A DNA stretch of 64,000 nucleotides, from positions 10,418,001 through 10,482,000 of the forward strand of contig CM075993.1 of NCBI GenBank assembly GCA_038087875.1, given 5' to 3'. The notes beneath the pieces are model-generated. The model did not search any database. It saw only the letters and a list, made by a program, of their open reading frames with translations, and had not been told where the DNA came from. Shown here piece by piece: positions 11,679 through 24,514 of the stretch. Origin of the DNA: Malacoraja senta (Eukaryota). The stretch's first letter is position 1. The number at the start of each line of letters is the position of its first letter. Both the position numbers and the translations under genes were made by a program.

Positions 11679-11917
11679 GTAAGTAGTAGGTATTCGTGTT
11701 AGCTTTTTATCGAGTTAAACACGTCAGCTATAATAATGAATGTGCCCCATAGATTCACAAGAATTCTGAATTGATGCCGGGCAAAATAAATAAGAAGAAA
11801 GACTTAAAAATGAACTTCCTTCATTTGACTGCCATAGAGTATAGAACAATATGCTAGAAGTGTTTTGAATTATGGAAAGTAGATAGAAATGTACTGTTTG
11901 TTTTACCTATCACTGAG

Positions 11918-12358
11918 CACTGGGACTGTACTCGCTGGAGTTTAGAACAATGAGGGGGGACCTCATTGAAACTTACCAAATGGTGAAAAGCCTGGATAGA
12001 GTGGATGTGGAGTGGATGTATCCACTGGTGGGAGAGTTATGCACCAGAAGCCATAGCCTCAGAATAAAAGGACGTACCTTTAGAAAGGAGATGAGGAGGA
12101 ATTTCTTTGGAATGAATCTGTGGAATTTCTTTGGTGATGAATCTGTGGAATTCATTGCCACAGACGGCTGTGGAGGCCAAACTATTTGGCATTTTTAAGG
12201 TGCAGATGGCCAAATTCTTGATTAGCACGTTTGTCGGGGATAATGGGGAGAAGGCAGGAGAATGGCGTTGAGAGGAAAAGATAGATCAGCCGTGATTGAA
12301 TGGCAGAGTAGACTTGATGGTCTGAATGGCCTAATGCTGCTACTATAACATGAACTTA
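11918..12358 (+). mobile_element. CR1 3' end fragment
   Basis: MRGDLIETY..LDRVD..HSLRIKG peptide and CR1-type 3' UTR. Confidence 0.85.
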
Positions 12359-12775
12359 TCGGGTCATTTCTAGAATGATAGATCACTGGTACAATATTGA
12401 ATGGAGGAGATAATTGCTGAGGTGTGTGAGGCTGCGGATCTCATCTTCAGCATTCAATGTCAAATTGGATGGGTGCATGAAGGAAAGGATGATGATGAGA
12501 TTGGTAGCAGAGTAGTCAGATATGATTAGACTATTTGCTCATGCAGCCTACTTTGGTAACGGTGGAAGTCTGGATGTTGGATCCAGTGTCTCAACACTTT
12601 TGTGTGTGATATAATTAATTTAATTATAAATATTAATGACAGTGAAGTTGTGCTAAAGCTAAGGATTCCGTGATCTTTAGCCTCACCAATGGCCTTAGAT
12701 GATTAAACCTTCCCTCTTTTTGTCTCCTGCCCATATTAACACACATGAGGTCCCAATAGTTCTCTCCTACCATCC

Positions 12776-13705
12776 AAGTCAAGTCAAATCACATTTATTT
12801 ATATAGCACATTTAAAAAACAACTCTCGTTGGCCAAAGTGATTTACATTTGTTATAAGAATAGCACAAATAAAACAAACTACATTTTTTTCTTCTTTTTT
12901 TTTTCATGTTATTTATTTTAGTTGTTTATTTTAGACTTTTGCTTTTAGAAAATGTGTGACTGGTGCACTGATTGGTTGGCATTTCTAATTTCGTTGTACA
13001 TGTTTACATGTTATAATGACAATAAAGTATTCATTCATTCATTCATATATACATGTAGCCCTCACTCAGAGGACGCCAGGAAATGCTTGGGAGTATAGAT
13101 AAGTCTTTAGTCTTGACTTAAAAGAGTCGATGGAGGGGGCAGTTCTGATGGGAAAGGGGATGCTGTTCCACAGTCTAGGGGCTGCAACCGCAAAGGCGCG
13201 GTCGCCCCTGAGCTTATGCCTAGACCGCGGGATATTCAGCAACCCCAAGTCGGCCGATCTGAGGGGCCTGGAGGTGGAGTGGTGGGTGAGAAGGCTTTTT
13301 ATGCAGGTGGGGGCAAGCCCATTGAGGGCTTTGTAGACATGGAGGAGGATCTTGAAGTTTATACGGAACCGCACAGGGAGCCAGTGGAGAGAGGCCAGGA
13401 TCGGGGTGATGTGGTCCCTTTTTCGGGTGCCCATCAGGAGTCTCGCTGCGGCGTTTTGGACCAGTTGCAGGCGGGACAGGGAAGATTGGCTGATGCCAGT
13501 GTAAAGGAAGTTGCAGTAATCTGGGCGGGAGGAGATGAATGTGTGGATGATCTTTTCGAGGTCATCAAACTGGAGGAATTGTTTTATTTTAGCTATCGTC
13601 CGAAGCTGAAAGAAGCTAGCTTTTATCATGGCATTGACTTGTTTGTCAAATTTCAGTGCTGAGTCAAATATCACGCCAAGGTTTTTGACGTGTATCAAGC
13701 CTTGT
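12776..13705 (-). mobile_element. L2-clade LINE 3' part, (TGACT)n tail, with a short nested retroposon 3' end at about 12885-13043
   Basis: LGVIFDSALKF..RLQLVQNAAARLL..HITPILASLHWLPV..AFAVAAPRLWNS; comparison with the copy at 22237 exposes the insert ending AATAAA..(ATTC)n. Confidence 0.92.
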
Positions 13706-13813
13706 ATCTCATGAATACCTATTGCAGACCAACCTCCCTGCACTCTCCCACCTCCACACCATGCACAACTTGGACATGACCTTGCCTGTTTTATTTTGAA
13801 GTAGCTGGCACCA

Positions 13814-14113
13814 GGGCAGCACGGTGGCACTGCGGTAAAGTTGCTGCCTTACAGCACCAGAGATCCGGGTTCGATCCTGACCATGGGTGTTTGTCTGGAT
13901 GGAGTTTGTACGTTCTCCCTGTGGCTGCGTGGGTTTTCTCTGGGTGTTCTGGTTTCCTCCCACACTCCAATGATAAACGGGTTTGAAATGGCTTTGGTAA
14001 CATTTTAAATTGTCCCTAGTGTGTAGGATAGTGTTAGTGTACGGGGTGACCACTGGTCGGCATAGACTTGGTAGGCAGAAGGGCCTGTTTCCGCACTGTA
14101 TCACTAAACTAAA
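13814..14113 (+). mobile_element. V-SINE
   Basis: tRNA head GGTTCGATCC, V-domain, CTAAA tail. Confidence 0.87.
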
Positions 14114-14274
14114 CAGGTTAACATACATGAGCAATTTTTAAACATGGTGAACAGTGGAATAATGGTCAATAATCATTTATGTCAAGTTTATTTTGGATGA
14201 ATTTTTATTGATATTAATGCAAAGAATCAAATTTAAGATTCTGTAACTTTATATTTATGTTTAATGCATTGTAG

Positions 14275-14490
14275 CTTCGACTGGCAGCGCTTCATCAAAT
14301 CCTGGTGTTGCTTTCTGGAATGGAGGAAAAGGGCAGCCAGTTTCCAGGAAGCAGTTGCCTGGCATCATGGTTCCACTCTGCTTCTTTGCTCACTTCAGTC
14401 CGACTGCAGTTTCTTGCAGGATGCTTTGGACTGGGCACAGTCGGAAATATAGAAATCAACGGTGAAAGTGTTCAACTGCATCACTATCAG
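14275..14490 (+). CDS. HERC1: HERC1 exon (LRLAALHQIL..VRLQFLAGCFGLG..LHHYQ)
   Basis: ttgtag/GTAAAA; 216 nt, phase 0/0. Confidence 0.96.
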
Positions 14491-14493
14491 GTA

Positions 14494-14722
14494 AAAAAGG
14501 ACACAAAGCACTGGAGTAACTCGGTGTTTCAGGCAGCATCGCTGGAGAACATGAATAGGTGAAGTTTCGAGTTGAGAACCTTCTTCCGATTCAGTCTGAA
14601 GAAGGGTCCTGACCCGAAACGTCACCTATCCATGTTCACGTGAGATGCTGCCCGACCTAGCAAGTTACTTCAGCACTTTTTAAAAATGTAAACCAGCATC
14701 TATAGGTCCTTGTTTCTGAATT
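14494..14722. mobile_element. Diverged PLE-derived palindrome inserted at the splice donor
   Basis: Inverted arms around 14590; 13-bp duplication TCACTATCA(G/C)GTA at 14481 and 14723. Confidence 0.78.
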
Positions 14723-14869
14723 TCACTATCACGTACACGTTTATTGTGAATAGCAAGTCTGCAAGAGGAAATAATCTTAAATTCCATGATAACATAAAAA
14801 TAACATCAGCACAGTTAATGAAGGTAAAAATTTAAGTGCAAATAGGCTCTTTGTTTCTTAATATAAATT

Positions 14870-16510
14870 CAACCGTTTTGCCAAACACTTGCTCAGTCTA
14901 CCAAAGCCTATTTGGATCTCCCATTTGCTAGCCCTTTGAATATTTCTTCCCATTCCCATATCAACCTCTTTGTCCTTGGCTTCCTCCATTGCCAGAGGGA
15001 GACCACACACAGACTGGGGAAACAGCACCTCGTGACTTGGATAGGCTGGGTGAGTGGGCAAATGCATGGCAGATTCAGTATAATGTGGATAAATGTGAGG
15101 TTATCCACTTTGGTGGCAAAAACAGGAAAGTAGACTATTATCTGAATGGTGGCCGATTAGGAAAAAGGGAGATGCAACAAGACCTGGATGTCATGGTACA
15201 CGTCATTGAAAGTAGGCATGCAGGTGCAGCAGGCAGTGAAGAAAGTGAATTGTATGTTAGCATTCATAGCAAAAGGATTTGAGTATAGGAGCAGGGAGGT
15301 TCTACTGCAGTTGTACAGGGTCTTGGTGAGACCACACCTGGAGTATTGCGTACAGTTTTGGTCTCCAAATCCGAGGAAAGACATTCTTGCCATAGAGGGA
15401 GTACAGGAAGGTTCACCAGACTGATTCCTGGGATGTCAGGACTTTCATATGAAGAAAGACTGGATAGACTCGGCTTGTACGCGCTAGAATTTAGAAGATT
15501 GAGGGGGGATCTTATAGAAACTTACAACATTCTTAAGGGGTTGGACAGGCTAGATGCAGGAAGATTGTTCCCGATGTTGGGGAAGTCCAGAACAAAGGGT
15601 CACAGTTTAAGGATAAGGGGGAAATCTTTTAGGACCGAGATAAGAAAAACATTTTTCACGCAGAGAGTGGTGAATCTCTGGAATTCTCTGCCACAGAAGG
15701 TAGTTGAGGCCAGTTCATTGGCTATATTTAAGAGGGAGTTAGATGTGGCCCTTGTGGCTAAAGGGATCCGGGGGTATGGAGAGAAGGCAGGTACAGGATA
15801 CTGAGTTGGATGATCAGCCATGATCGTATTGAATGGCGGTGCAGGCTCGAAGGGCCGAATGGCCTACTCCTGCACCTATTTTCTATGTATTCTGCTTGGG
15901 TAGCTTACAACCCAAAAAATAAACATTTAAATTCTTCAATGTTTCCAATTTCTGTTAACTTATCTAAAATTGGAGAAGTTAATGTTGAATCCATTGGGAT
16001 TAAGCTACCCAAGAGGAATATGAGGTGCTGTTCCTCCAGTTTGCACATGGCCTCACTCTGGCAATGGAGGAGGTTTGAAACATCTACCCCTAGACTTTCT
16101 CCCTTGCTCCATCCAGGGACTCCAGCAGTCTTTCCATGTCAGCAGGAGGTTTATGTGCACTTCATCTAACCTCATTTACTACATCCGATGTTCCCGATGT
16201 GGTCTCCTTGCATCGGTGAGACCAAGCGTTGACTTGGAGACTGTTTTGCCGAACATTTGAGCTAGACCTACTGAAACTCCTGATTGCTCAACCATTTTAA
16301 CTCCCCTTCCCATATCCATACTGACTTTTCTGTCCTGGGCCGCCTCCATTGTCATAATGAGGCCACATGCAAACTGGAAGAACAGCACCTCACATTCCGC
16401 TGGGATAGCTTCCAACCCAACATTGAATTCTCCAATATTGGGTAGCCTGACAACCCAGCTACCCAGATATGCTGCCTGACCAGCTGAGTTACTCCAGCAC
16501 TTTGTCTATT
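14870..16510. mobile_element. Rearranged PLE GIY-YIG remnants interrupted by a CR1 3' fragment (about 15034-15889, + strand)
   Basis: SNLIYYIRCSRCG-type remnants in both orientations; CR1 ORF2 end GLSYEERLDRLGL..GYGEKAGTGY. Confidence 0.85.
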
Positions 16511-17019
16511 TTTGTCACATTTGTATTTTCCTGCATGGTTTATAAATGAATATTTCTATACGTTTAATGTTTAATGTAAAAAAAAAAAGACTCTCATAAG
16601 TAGCTGTTAGAAGTGATTTAGTTTGTCAATCTGGCCCTTTACAACAAATTTGTGTTTTACCCTGACTACTGGCATTTTTTTTTTGATCATGTGCCTCATC
16701 TGCCCTCTGAGATGAATGTAAAACAAAGGGGCTATGTTGAAGAGGAGCAGAAGTTTTTCCAGTGATATTCCCTCCAGCAATTTTGCTAAACAAATTATCT
16801 TCATATCTTGATAGTTCTGATTTTGCGATTAGTTACTGCATTTCCCTATGTTATGAGCAACGACAGAAAATACTTTTCTGCCTGTAAGGTGCTTCTGGAT
16901 CTAAATTAAGCCGTATTTCTTTTCTTTTGAATTCCAGTATGTTTGTCAATATTATTGGTGTATAGTTATTGTGTTATAAGATCAATAAATATTTAGACCT
17001 TTTTAATTTGTTCATTCAG

Positions 17020-17140
17020 GATGGCATAAGAGCTGCTAAGAGAAGCATTCAGATGGACATCCAGGATGCAGTTCACAAGATCTACCAGCAGCTGTCTGCT
17101 ATTCTTGAGCGGGCTTTACAGGCAAACAAGCACCACATTG
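17020..17140 (+). CDS. HERC1: HERC1 exon (DGIRAAKR..LERALQANKHHI)
   Basis: attcag/GTAAGG; phase-consistent. Confidence 0.97.
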
Positions 17141-17715
17141 GTAAGGGACTGGACTGTATCATAAAAACTGAAAGATATTGAAAAGCTGATTAAACAACGC
17201 AATTACAAATTTACTTTCCTCTCTTTATGCAGCATTATTTTTGGAAAGGTTTCAAGAATAAAACTAAATGTAAACACATAATTAGCAGGATACTTTACAT
17301 ATAATAATTAATAATATTATTTGCAATATAATTTATTGTAATGTCATAAACATTAGCAATATAGAATATTTTTTCCCAATTTCCAAATTCTTCATTCTGT
17401 TCTGAATCCTCTAAACCCTAAATGCAGGAACCCCCCAGATTATACTAGCGTTCCTTTCCTGATCACTTGTCTGAAGCTGAACTGTGAGTCCAAGTACTCT
17501 CGTCTGCTATCTCTAACATTAGGAAAAAAAGACACATCTTATTAAATTTGATTTTAATACAATGAGTCAAGAGTGTTTTATTGCCATATGTCCCAGATAG
17601 AACAATGAATTGCTTACTTGCAGCAGCACAACAGAATGTGTAAACATAGTACACTGTGAACAATATAATAAATGAGAGAGAAACAAAAAGTTAAGTCTGT
17701 CTATATGTGTACACG

Positions 17716-17719
<4 letters not shown>

Positions 17720-17753
<34 letters not shown>
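17720..17753. repeat. (CA)n microsatellite within a minus-strand retroposon 3' end (about 17565-17850)
   Basis: Directly visible. Confidence 0.9.
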
Positions 17754-17754
<1 letters not shown>

Positions 17755-18084
17755 CATATATATACATATACCCGCACATATGCGCACACACAAAAAGCAA
17801 ACAATAATAGTGCAATGATAACAATAATAGTCTATGCAGTTCGAGCTTATTTACCCTTCCCTGCTCTGCAACCACCATTCCCTCTTCCACAGTCTTTCCA
17901 AATTGAAATTGTGTGGAGGTTGAACTTATATTTTACATTTTTATAGTGGAGAATTATGCAAGATCTTCTTGAATAAAGAATGTAAATATATTAGAACTAT
18001 GGTGGTTAGAAATTGCATTAGTGTTTATTAGTATTGTTAGCAATGAATGTTCGTGCTTTTATTCATGTTTGATATTCTTTTCAG

Positions 18085-18322
18085 GAGCACAACAACGCCT
18101 TTTGCTGGTCACAGTTTTTGCACTTAGTGTGCGTTATCACCCTGTAGATGTCTCCTTGGCGATCTCCAGTGGCTTGTTGAATGTACTGTCCCAGTTGTGT
18201 GGCACCGATACTATGCTGGGGCAGCCACTGCAGTTGATACAAAAGCCCGGCATTTCACAGCTCAGCACAGCTTTAAAGGTAGCCAGTACCAGATTACTTC
18301 AGATTCTAGCCATTACCACAGG
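18085..18322 (+). CDS. HERC1: HERC1 exon (AQQRLLLVTVFALS..STRLLQILAITT)
   Basis: tttcag/GTAAGT; near-identical to recalled HERC1. Confidence 0.97.
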
Positions 18323-18343
18323 GTAAGTGTCATGTTTATTATT

Positions 18344-19365
18344 ATTTTTTTTTAAAAATATTTTATTTATTAGAAGTAATGTACATTACAGTGATATAAG
18401 CCAAAAATAACATAATACATTTCCTGTACCACTTCTTATTTTATACTTTAAAAAGGAGAAGAATAGAGAGAGTTAGATAAGATAGTAAGTGCGTGAAAGA
18501 GTGATCAGAAGAAACCCGTAGAAACGTAAAACACGAGAAAGAGTAAAAAAGAAAACCAAAGGAAAAAAAAGAGAAAAATAGAAAACAGAAGATATAAGAA
18601 AGTAAAATAAGATCAAAGGGATGTACCTTCTTCGTATCTTTCCACACCCCTCACCAGGTCCTGAAACCATTTATTTTCAAAGTTATGTTGCACCCTATGC
18701 TTGTAATAAGTCGATAAATGGAGACCAAATCTTTTGGAAATGGTCTGATTTGCCTGCTAGGAGGAATCTCATGTCGTCGAGGTGTAACAGTTCGGACATA
18801 TTTGAAATCCACATTTTTATCGTTGGTGTGGGAGCGTTTTTCCAGAATTTAAGTATAAGGTTTTTTTGCCATTATTAAGCCGTAATTAATGAAACTCTTT
18901 TGGAACAAAGTCAGCTCAAAGCTGGCTTCCATTGTTCCAAACATAATAAATTCTGCGTTCGGTTTCAGTTTTATTTTAAATAATTTTGTAAAAATTTCAA
19001 AGATTTCATTCCAAAATTTTTGGATTTTTATACAAAAAACAAAGGAATGTGCTATAGTTGCTTCTTGGGATAGACATTTATCACAGATGGGGGAGACATT
19101 TGGAAAAAATTTACTTATTTTAGTTTTTGAGTAATATAGTCTATGTAAGGTTTTGAATTGGATTAGAATATGTCTTACATTGATCGAGCATTTATGCACA
19201 TATAGCAAGTGTTTATCCCAACTCTCTCTCTAGCTATTTTTATAGCTAGTTCTTGTTCCCAATCTCTTCTAATTCTATCGGATGATGGTATTTCTATATT
19301 TAGGATGATATTATACAAGTATGATATTAAATTAGTTGAGTCCGCCTTTTTGTTTATTTTTTTTA
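18344..19365 (-). mobile_element. 5'-truncated L1/Tx1-clade LINE
   Basis: IQFKTLHRLYYS..SPICDKC..HSFVFC..FW (ORF2 C-terminal zinc knuckle); AATAAA and poly(A) on the minus strand. Confidence 0.88.
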
Positions 19366-19974
19366 TCATTAATTAGATTGAAATAGAAATATTATGGTTG
19401 AGTTGATCTGTAAGATCAGAGGATCTGGCAGCCGGTTAGTGTGTATTGAGGATTCAGTAAAATCGCAAAGATCATTCTAAAAGAACCCTTAAACTCATTT
19501 TTATAAAGAGAGAAAAAAAAATGTTTATAATGAAAATTTCATCCCAGGCATTTAGCTATCTTCATTGATCCACGGTAGATTAAAAATGCTGGGGAAACTC
19601 AGCGGGTGAGGCAGCATCTATGGAGCGAAGGAATAGGTGACGTTTTGGGTCGAGACCCTTCTTCAAACCCTCATTCATCCACGACTCAGTTTTCGATGTC
19701 AGTGTTTGTGTGATTTGGATAATACACTCTTTTAGCATTAAAGAAAAATGGTGAAATGCGAGTTAATGTTAAATGAGATGAGCTGAATATCTAGAATGGT
19801 ATTAAGACAGTTATGTAATTGGTGCACCTATCTTTTTTTGTTGGGGGGGGGGGGGGGTCGATGAAGGCAGATCTGGTTTACATATAGTTTTCAGGGGCAG
19901 AAAGATGGTTTCACTTGCACTGAATATAGTTTTGTGGCTCACTGTTTGGATTAGGCTAACCAGACCTATTACAC

Positions 19975-21712
19975 CCTAATCGTGATCTCCATTGTAACCA
20001 GTGGAAGATTTAGATACTCGTAAATCTTTTCTGAACCCTTTCAAGCTTATCCACTCAGCTATCTCTTCTTGGATCCCATGCGATCTAACCTTCCAGAGCA
20101 GCCTACCATGCGGAACCATGTCGAACGTCTTATTGAACTCCATGTACACAACATCTACAGATCTGCCTTCATCAACCTTTTTGGTCACTTATTCAAAAAA
20201 ATCAATCAGATTTATGAGACACGACCTCCCACATACAATACCATGCTGACTATCCCTAATCAGCCCTTGCCCATCCAAATGCCTGTATAACCTATCCCTC
20301 AGAATACTCTCCAGTAACTTACCAACTACAGATGTTAAGCTCACCAGCCTATAGCTCGCAGCATTTTCCCTGCAGCCCTTCTTGAAAAGAGGTACAACAT
20401 TTGCCACCCTCCAGTCTTCCAGCACCTCTCCTGTATTTAAGCACGACTTGTAAATTTCAACCAGGGCTCCCGCAATTTCCACTAGTTTCCCACAATGTCC
20501 TCGGATATATCTGATCAGGTCCTAGAGATTTGTCTATCTTCAAACACAACAATACCTTCAGTACTTCTTCGACAATAACCCTGTCTGCTCTCAAGACACT
20601 TCCAGTGACTGCTCCAATTTCCTCCGTCCTACTGTGTTTCTCCTCGGTAAATACAGAGGAGAAATACTAATTTAGGACCTTTCCCATCTCCTGTGGCTCC
20701 GCACAGAGGTGCCCGCTTTGATTCCTGAGAGGTCCCACTCTCTCTCTAATTACCCCTTTCCCCTTATGTATTTATAAAATCTTTTGGGATTGTCCTTAAT
20801 GCTACCCACCAGAGCTATCTCCTGCCCCTTTTTGCCCTTCTGATTTCCTTTTTTTAGTTTACTCCTTTGTTCCAGAAACTCCTCCAGGGATGCACGTTAT
20901 CCCAGCTGCCTAAACCTGTCCCATGCATCCTTCTTGTTTTTGACTAACATCTCAATCTTCCTCGCCAGCCAAGCTTCCTTACGTTTGCCTGACGTACACA
21001 TCCTGAGCTTTCTTCAGTACACTTTTAAAAACATCCCACTTGGCCGATGTTCCTTTCCCATCTAATAACCTGCTCCAGTCAACTTGAGCGAGACCTTCTC
21101 TCATCCCCCCAAAGTTGGCCTTGCCCCAGTTGAGCATTTTAACACGTGGACCCTCTCCGTCCCGATCCATAACTATCTTAAACCGAATCTAACTGTGGTC
21201 ACTGTCCCAAAAGGCTCCTCCACACACTCTTCATTAACTTGCCCTTCCCAATTTCCCAATACTAAATCCAGCGTTGCCCTCTTACGTGTGGGGCCTCCAC
21301 ATGCTGCTTAAGAAAACTCACCTGAACACTTTTGAGGAACTGCACCCCATCTGTACCCTTCACGCTATGATTTTCCCAGTCTATATTGGGAATGTTAAAA
21401 TCCCCAACTGCAACAACCTTATTTGACCTGCAGCTGTCTGCAATCTCCCGGCACATTTGCTCTTCTAATTCCCGTTGACTATTTAGGGGTATGTAATACA
21501 CCCCCAACAAAGTGATCATCCCTTACTTGTCCCTCAGCTCCACCCATATAGCCTCACTAGACGAACCGTCCGTAATGTCTGTGGTGGGACAAGGTTGTCT
21601 GAACACAGCCGTGACATCCTCCTGAACCAACAATGCAACCCCCCACCTCTCTTTCCCTCACCTGTCTGTGCTGAAGCTCCTGTACCCCGGAACATTGAGC
21701 TGCCACTTGCAC
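19975..21712 (-). mobile_element. Degenerate CR1 ORF2 (EN-RT) fragment
   Basis: VGDFNIPNIDW, DWRVANVVPLFKKG, QHGIVCGRSCLINL; several stops and frameshifts. Confidence 0.88.
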
Positions 21713-22236
21713 GATATGTTTTGTGAAAAGCCAAATAGACTCTTCAGAATTTCCAGTCCTGGGTCTCGGAAAGTATGCATCCTATAATAACCCACATTAC
21801 CTCTTTTTTTTGCCCTTTTTTTAGTAGCTTTACCAACCTGCTGTTGAATTTGCTGATGGAGCCAGCATCGCAGCTTCCTAGAACTCTTTATTTTGCACAC
21901 TGACTACATCCCAAAGAGTTAGTTTTATAATCATATGTGAATCTGGCACTCTGTAGATTCTCAAAATATGTTGAGCATAGTGAAGGTCAGTGTGTCTATC
22001 CTACGCTTTATCAGTCTGCATACTAAAGTTATCTTAAACCTCAAAAATACAAACATTCCTAACTCTGCAGTCTCTTCCAAAGTTTATGTTGTATGTAAAT
22101 TAGGCCATTCAATCTTGACAGATCTATCTTTCCCTCACAACCCCATTCCTCCTGCCTTCTTCTAATAATCCTCAACACATGAACTTATCGAGAATCTGTC
22201 AATCTCCACCTTAAAATATCCATTGAAGGCCTCCAC

Positions 22237-22557
22237 AGTCGACTTGGGGTTGCTGAATATCCCGCGGTCTAGGCATAAGCTCAGGGGCGACCGCGCCTTT
22301 GCGGTTGCAGCCCCTAGACTGTGGAACAGCATCCCCTTTCCCATCAGAACTGCCCCCTCCATCGACTCTTTTAAGTCAAGACTAAAAACGTATCTATACT
22401 CCCAAGCCTTTCCTGACGTCCTCTGAGTGAGGGCTACATGTATATATGTATGTAGTTTGTTTTGTTTATGCTATTCTTATAACAAATGTAAAGCACTTTG
22501 GCCAACGAGAGTTGTTTTTTAAATGTGCTATATAAATAAATGTGACTTGACTTGACT
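22237..22557 (+). mobile_element. L2 3' end inserted into a minus-strand CR1 fragment (about 22120-22660)
   Basis: Nearly identical to the reverse complement of 12776-13255; TGACT tail. Confidence 0.9.
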
Positions 22558-22937
22558 AAAATTCCTTGTTTCTCAAGGTACGTCCTTTTATTCTGAGGCT
22601 ATGGCCTCTAGTCCTAGACTCTCGCACTAGCGGAAACATCCTCTCCACTATCCAAGCCTTCTTCATATAACCGATGTGCCGAATTAAGTAAATTAACCTG
22701 GTATACTCCTACAAATCCCAACTGCCTTTCTTGAAAAATTATGAAATTGAAGGCTTCCCACAGGAGTTATGTTGCATTGTCATGCATGTACACTGTATGC
22801 ACTGCACTGTAGGCTGAACCTTCCATCCACTAAATGCTGTGGCTCAGAAAACCACGGAGCAGTTTGATAATGTAATGAGCACTTAAATGGTTTATTTTGC
22901 ACCATTTCAGGTTTACAATTGTGCTTTATTCTTCTAG

Positions 22938-23110
22938 AACGTACGCAGACAAGCTGAGCCCGAAGGTGGTTCAGTCTCTGTTGGATCTGCTGTGCAGTCA
23001 GCTGAAGAACCTGCTCTCCCAGGCTGGAGTGCAACTAACACCCTTGCATGGAAACAGAGAGAACAAACTGGATGACACTGGTGAGACTGAGGATGCAAAG
23101 GATTTTCGAG
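22938..23110 (+). CDS. HERC1: HERC1 exon (TYADKLSPKVVQSLLDLLCSQLK..KDFR)
   Basis: ttctag/GTATGA; phase-consistent. Confidence 0.97.
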
Positions 23111-23926
23111 GTATGAAGCATATGTAGCTTGACAGTACGTGTTAAAATTAAGGGTAGATGAGGTAAAGGGAGGTACATGTAATAATGTACGGGAGTTAGC
23201 CAATAGGCCAAATCACCACAGTTTGAATTCTACTATGGTGGCCTTTATATGCTCCAAGACCTCAATACCTTTTAGTTCTTCCACTGGGTTTAATGGGATC
23301 TTGTCCAAATAATACATAGAGAGCCATCGGCAGTGTTATATGGCACCAAGATGCCTTTCTGAGTTGGTCTACTTTGCTTGAATTTGGCCCATATTCCTCT
23401 AAATCTTTCCTATCCATATTACTGTCTTTTTAAACAATGTGTTGTTCCTGGTTCTATACAGGCACATGAACAGGCAGGGCCGAAGGGCATGTTTTATTTC
23501 TCTGATTCTAAGTCCTCCAATCTTGGCAACACTGTTGTGAATCCTTTGTGCCTCCACTCTAGATGAATCATATCCTTGCGACCAGAATTGCACGCAATAC
23601 CTCAAATGCAATCTCACCAATGTCTTGCACATGTACAACACGATGCCCCAACTCATGATGGCAATCGAGCCAAACATCTCTACCCCACCCGATTTGAGTA
23701 TAATGCCACTTTCAGGGAACTATGTACTTGTATCCCGGGGTCTTTCTGTTCTCCAACATTCTCCTCTGCTTTGTCGGGTCAAAAGAGACTACAGCATACA
23801 GGAGACAGACACAAAAGGCTGGAGTAACTCAGCGGGTCAGGCAGCATCTCTGGAGGAAAGGAAAATAATAATAATAAAGTATTTAAGATTTCTGAAAACT
23901 CATAGACCAGATGCTCAGAAGGAAGC

Positions 23927-23991
23927 CAGTTTCTAGATTAGTACCCTGGTTGGCATATTGTTGGCCAGCCAGGGTACTAATCTAGAAACTG
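23927..23991. repeat. Isolated 28-bp-arm hairpin
   Basis: CAGTTTCTAGATTAGTACCCTGGTTGGC, 9-nt loop, complementary arm matching 27/28. Confidence 0.9.
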
Positions 23992-24358
23992 AACTAATTT
24001 TCTGTGCAGGCACCCCCCAATTTCCAAAAGGTATACATTCCTGAAAAATATTTCAATCCATGGATTTTAATAAATTGGAAAGGGTGGGCAATGTGCATAA
24101 TAGATATTTTAATGCAATGTATGCCTACAAATGAAATTGGTATGTTGTTCAGAATGACTAAAATATAAATGAGTAAATGGGGACAGTGTTTTATAGTAAG
24201 CATTCGTTATTCAAACGTTCATAAATCAAGATCTCATTTTCCTGCCTGCTTGGCATAACTGATAAATTGTTGATTCCCTGGTTGTAAGCTTTATTGATTT
24301 CAGAAATGTGCACAGAATAGAGAAAGCAGTTCATTTAACTGTTATCTTTACTTTCCAG

Positions 24359-24514
24359 CAATTCTTCGGAAGCAGCACACTGCTGAGCTGCAGCTGGGGG
24401 ATTTTCTTGTTTTCCTACGCAGAGTTGTGTCTTCGAAGGCTATTCAGTCGAAAATGGCCTCGCCTAAATGGACGGAAGTGCTACTTAACATTGCTGCTCA
24501 GAAGTATTTTTCGG
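24359..24514 (+). CDS. HERC1: HERC1 exon (ILRKQHTAELQLGDFLVFLRRVV..KWTEVLLNIA..)
   Basis: ttccag/GTACGC; phase-consistent; this frame is not in the ORF track. Confidence 0.96.
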
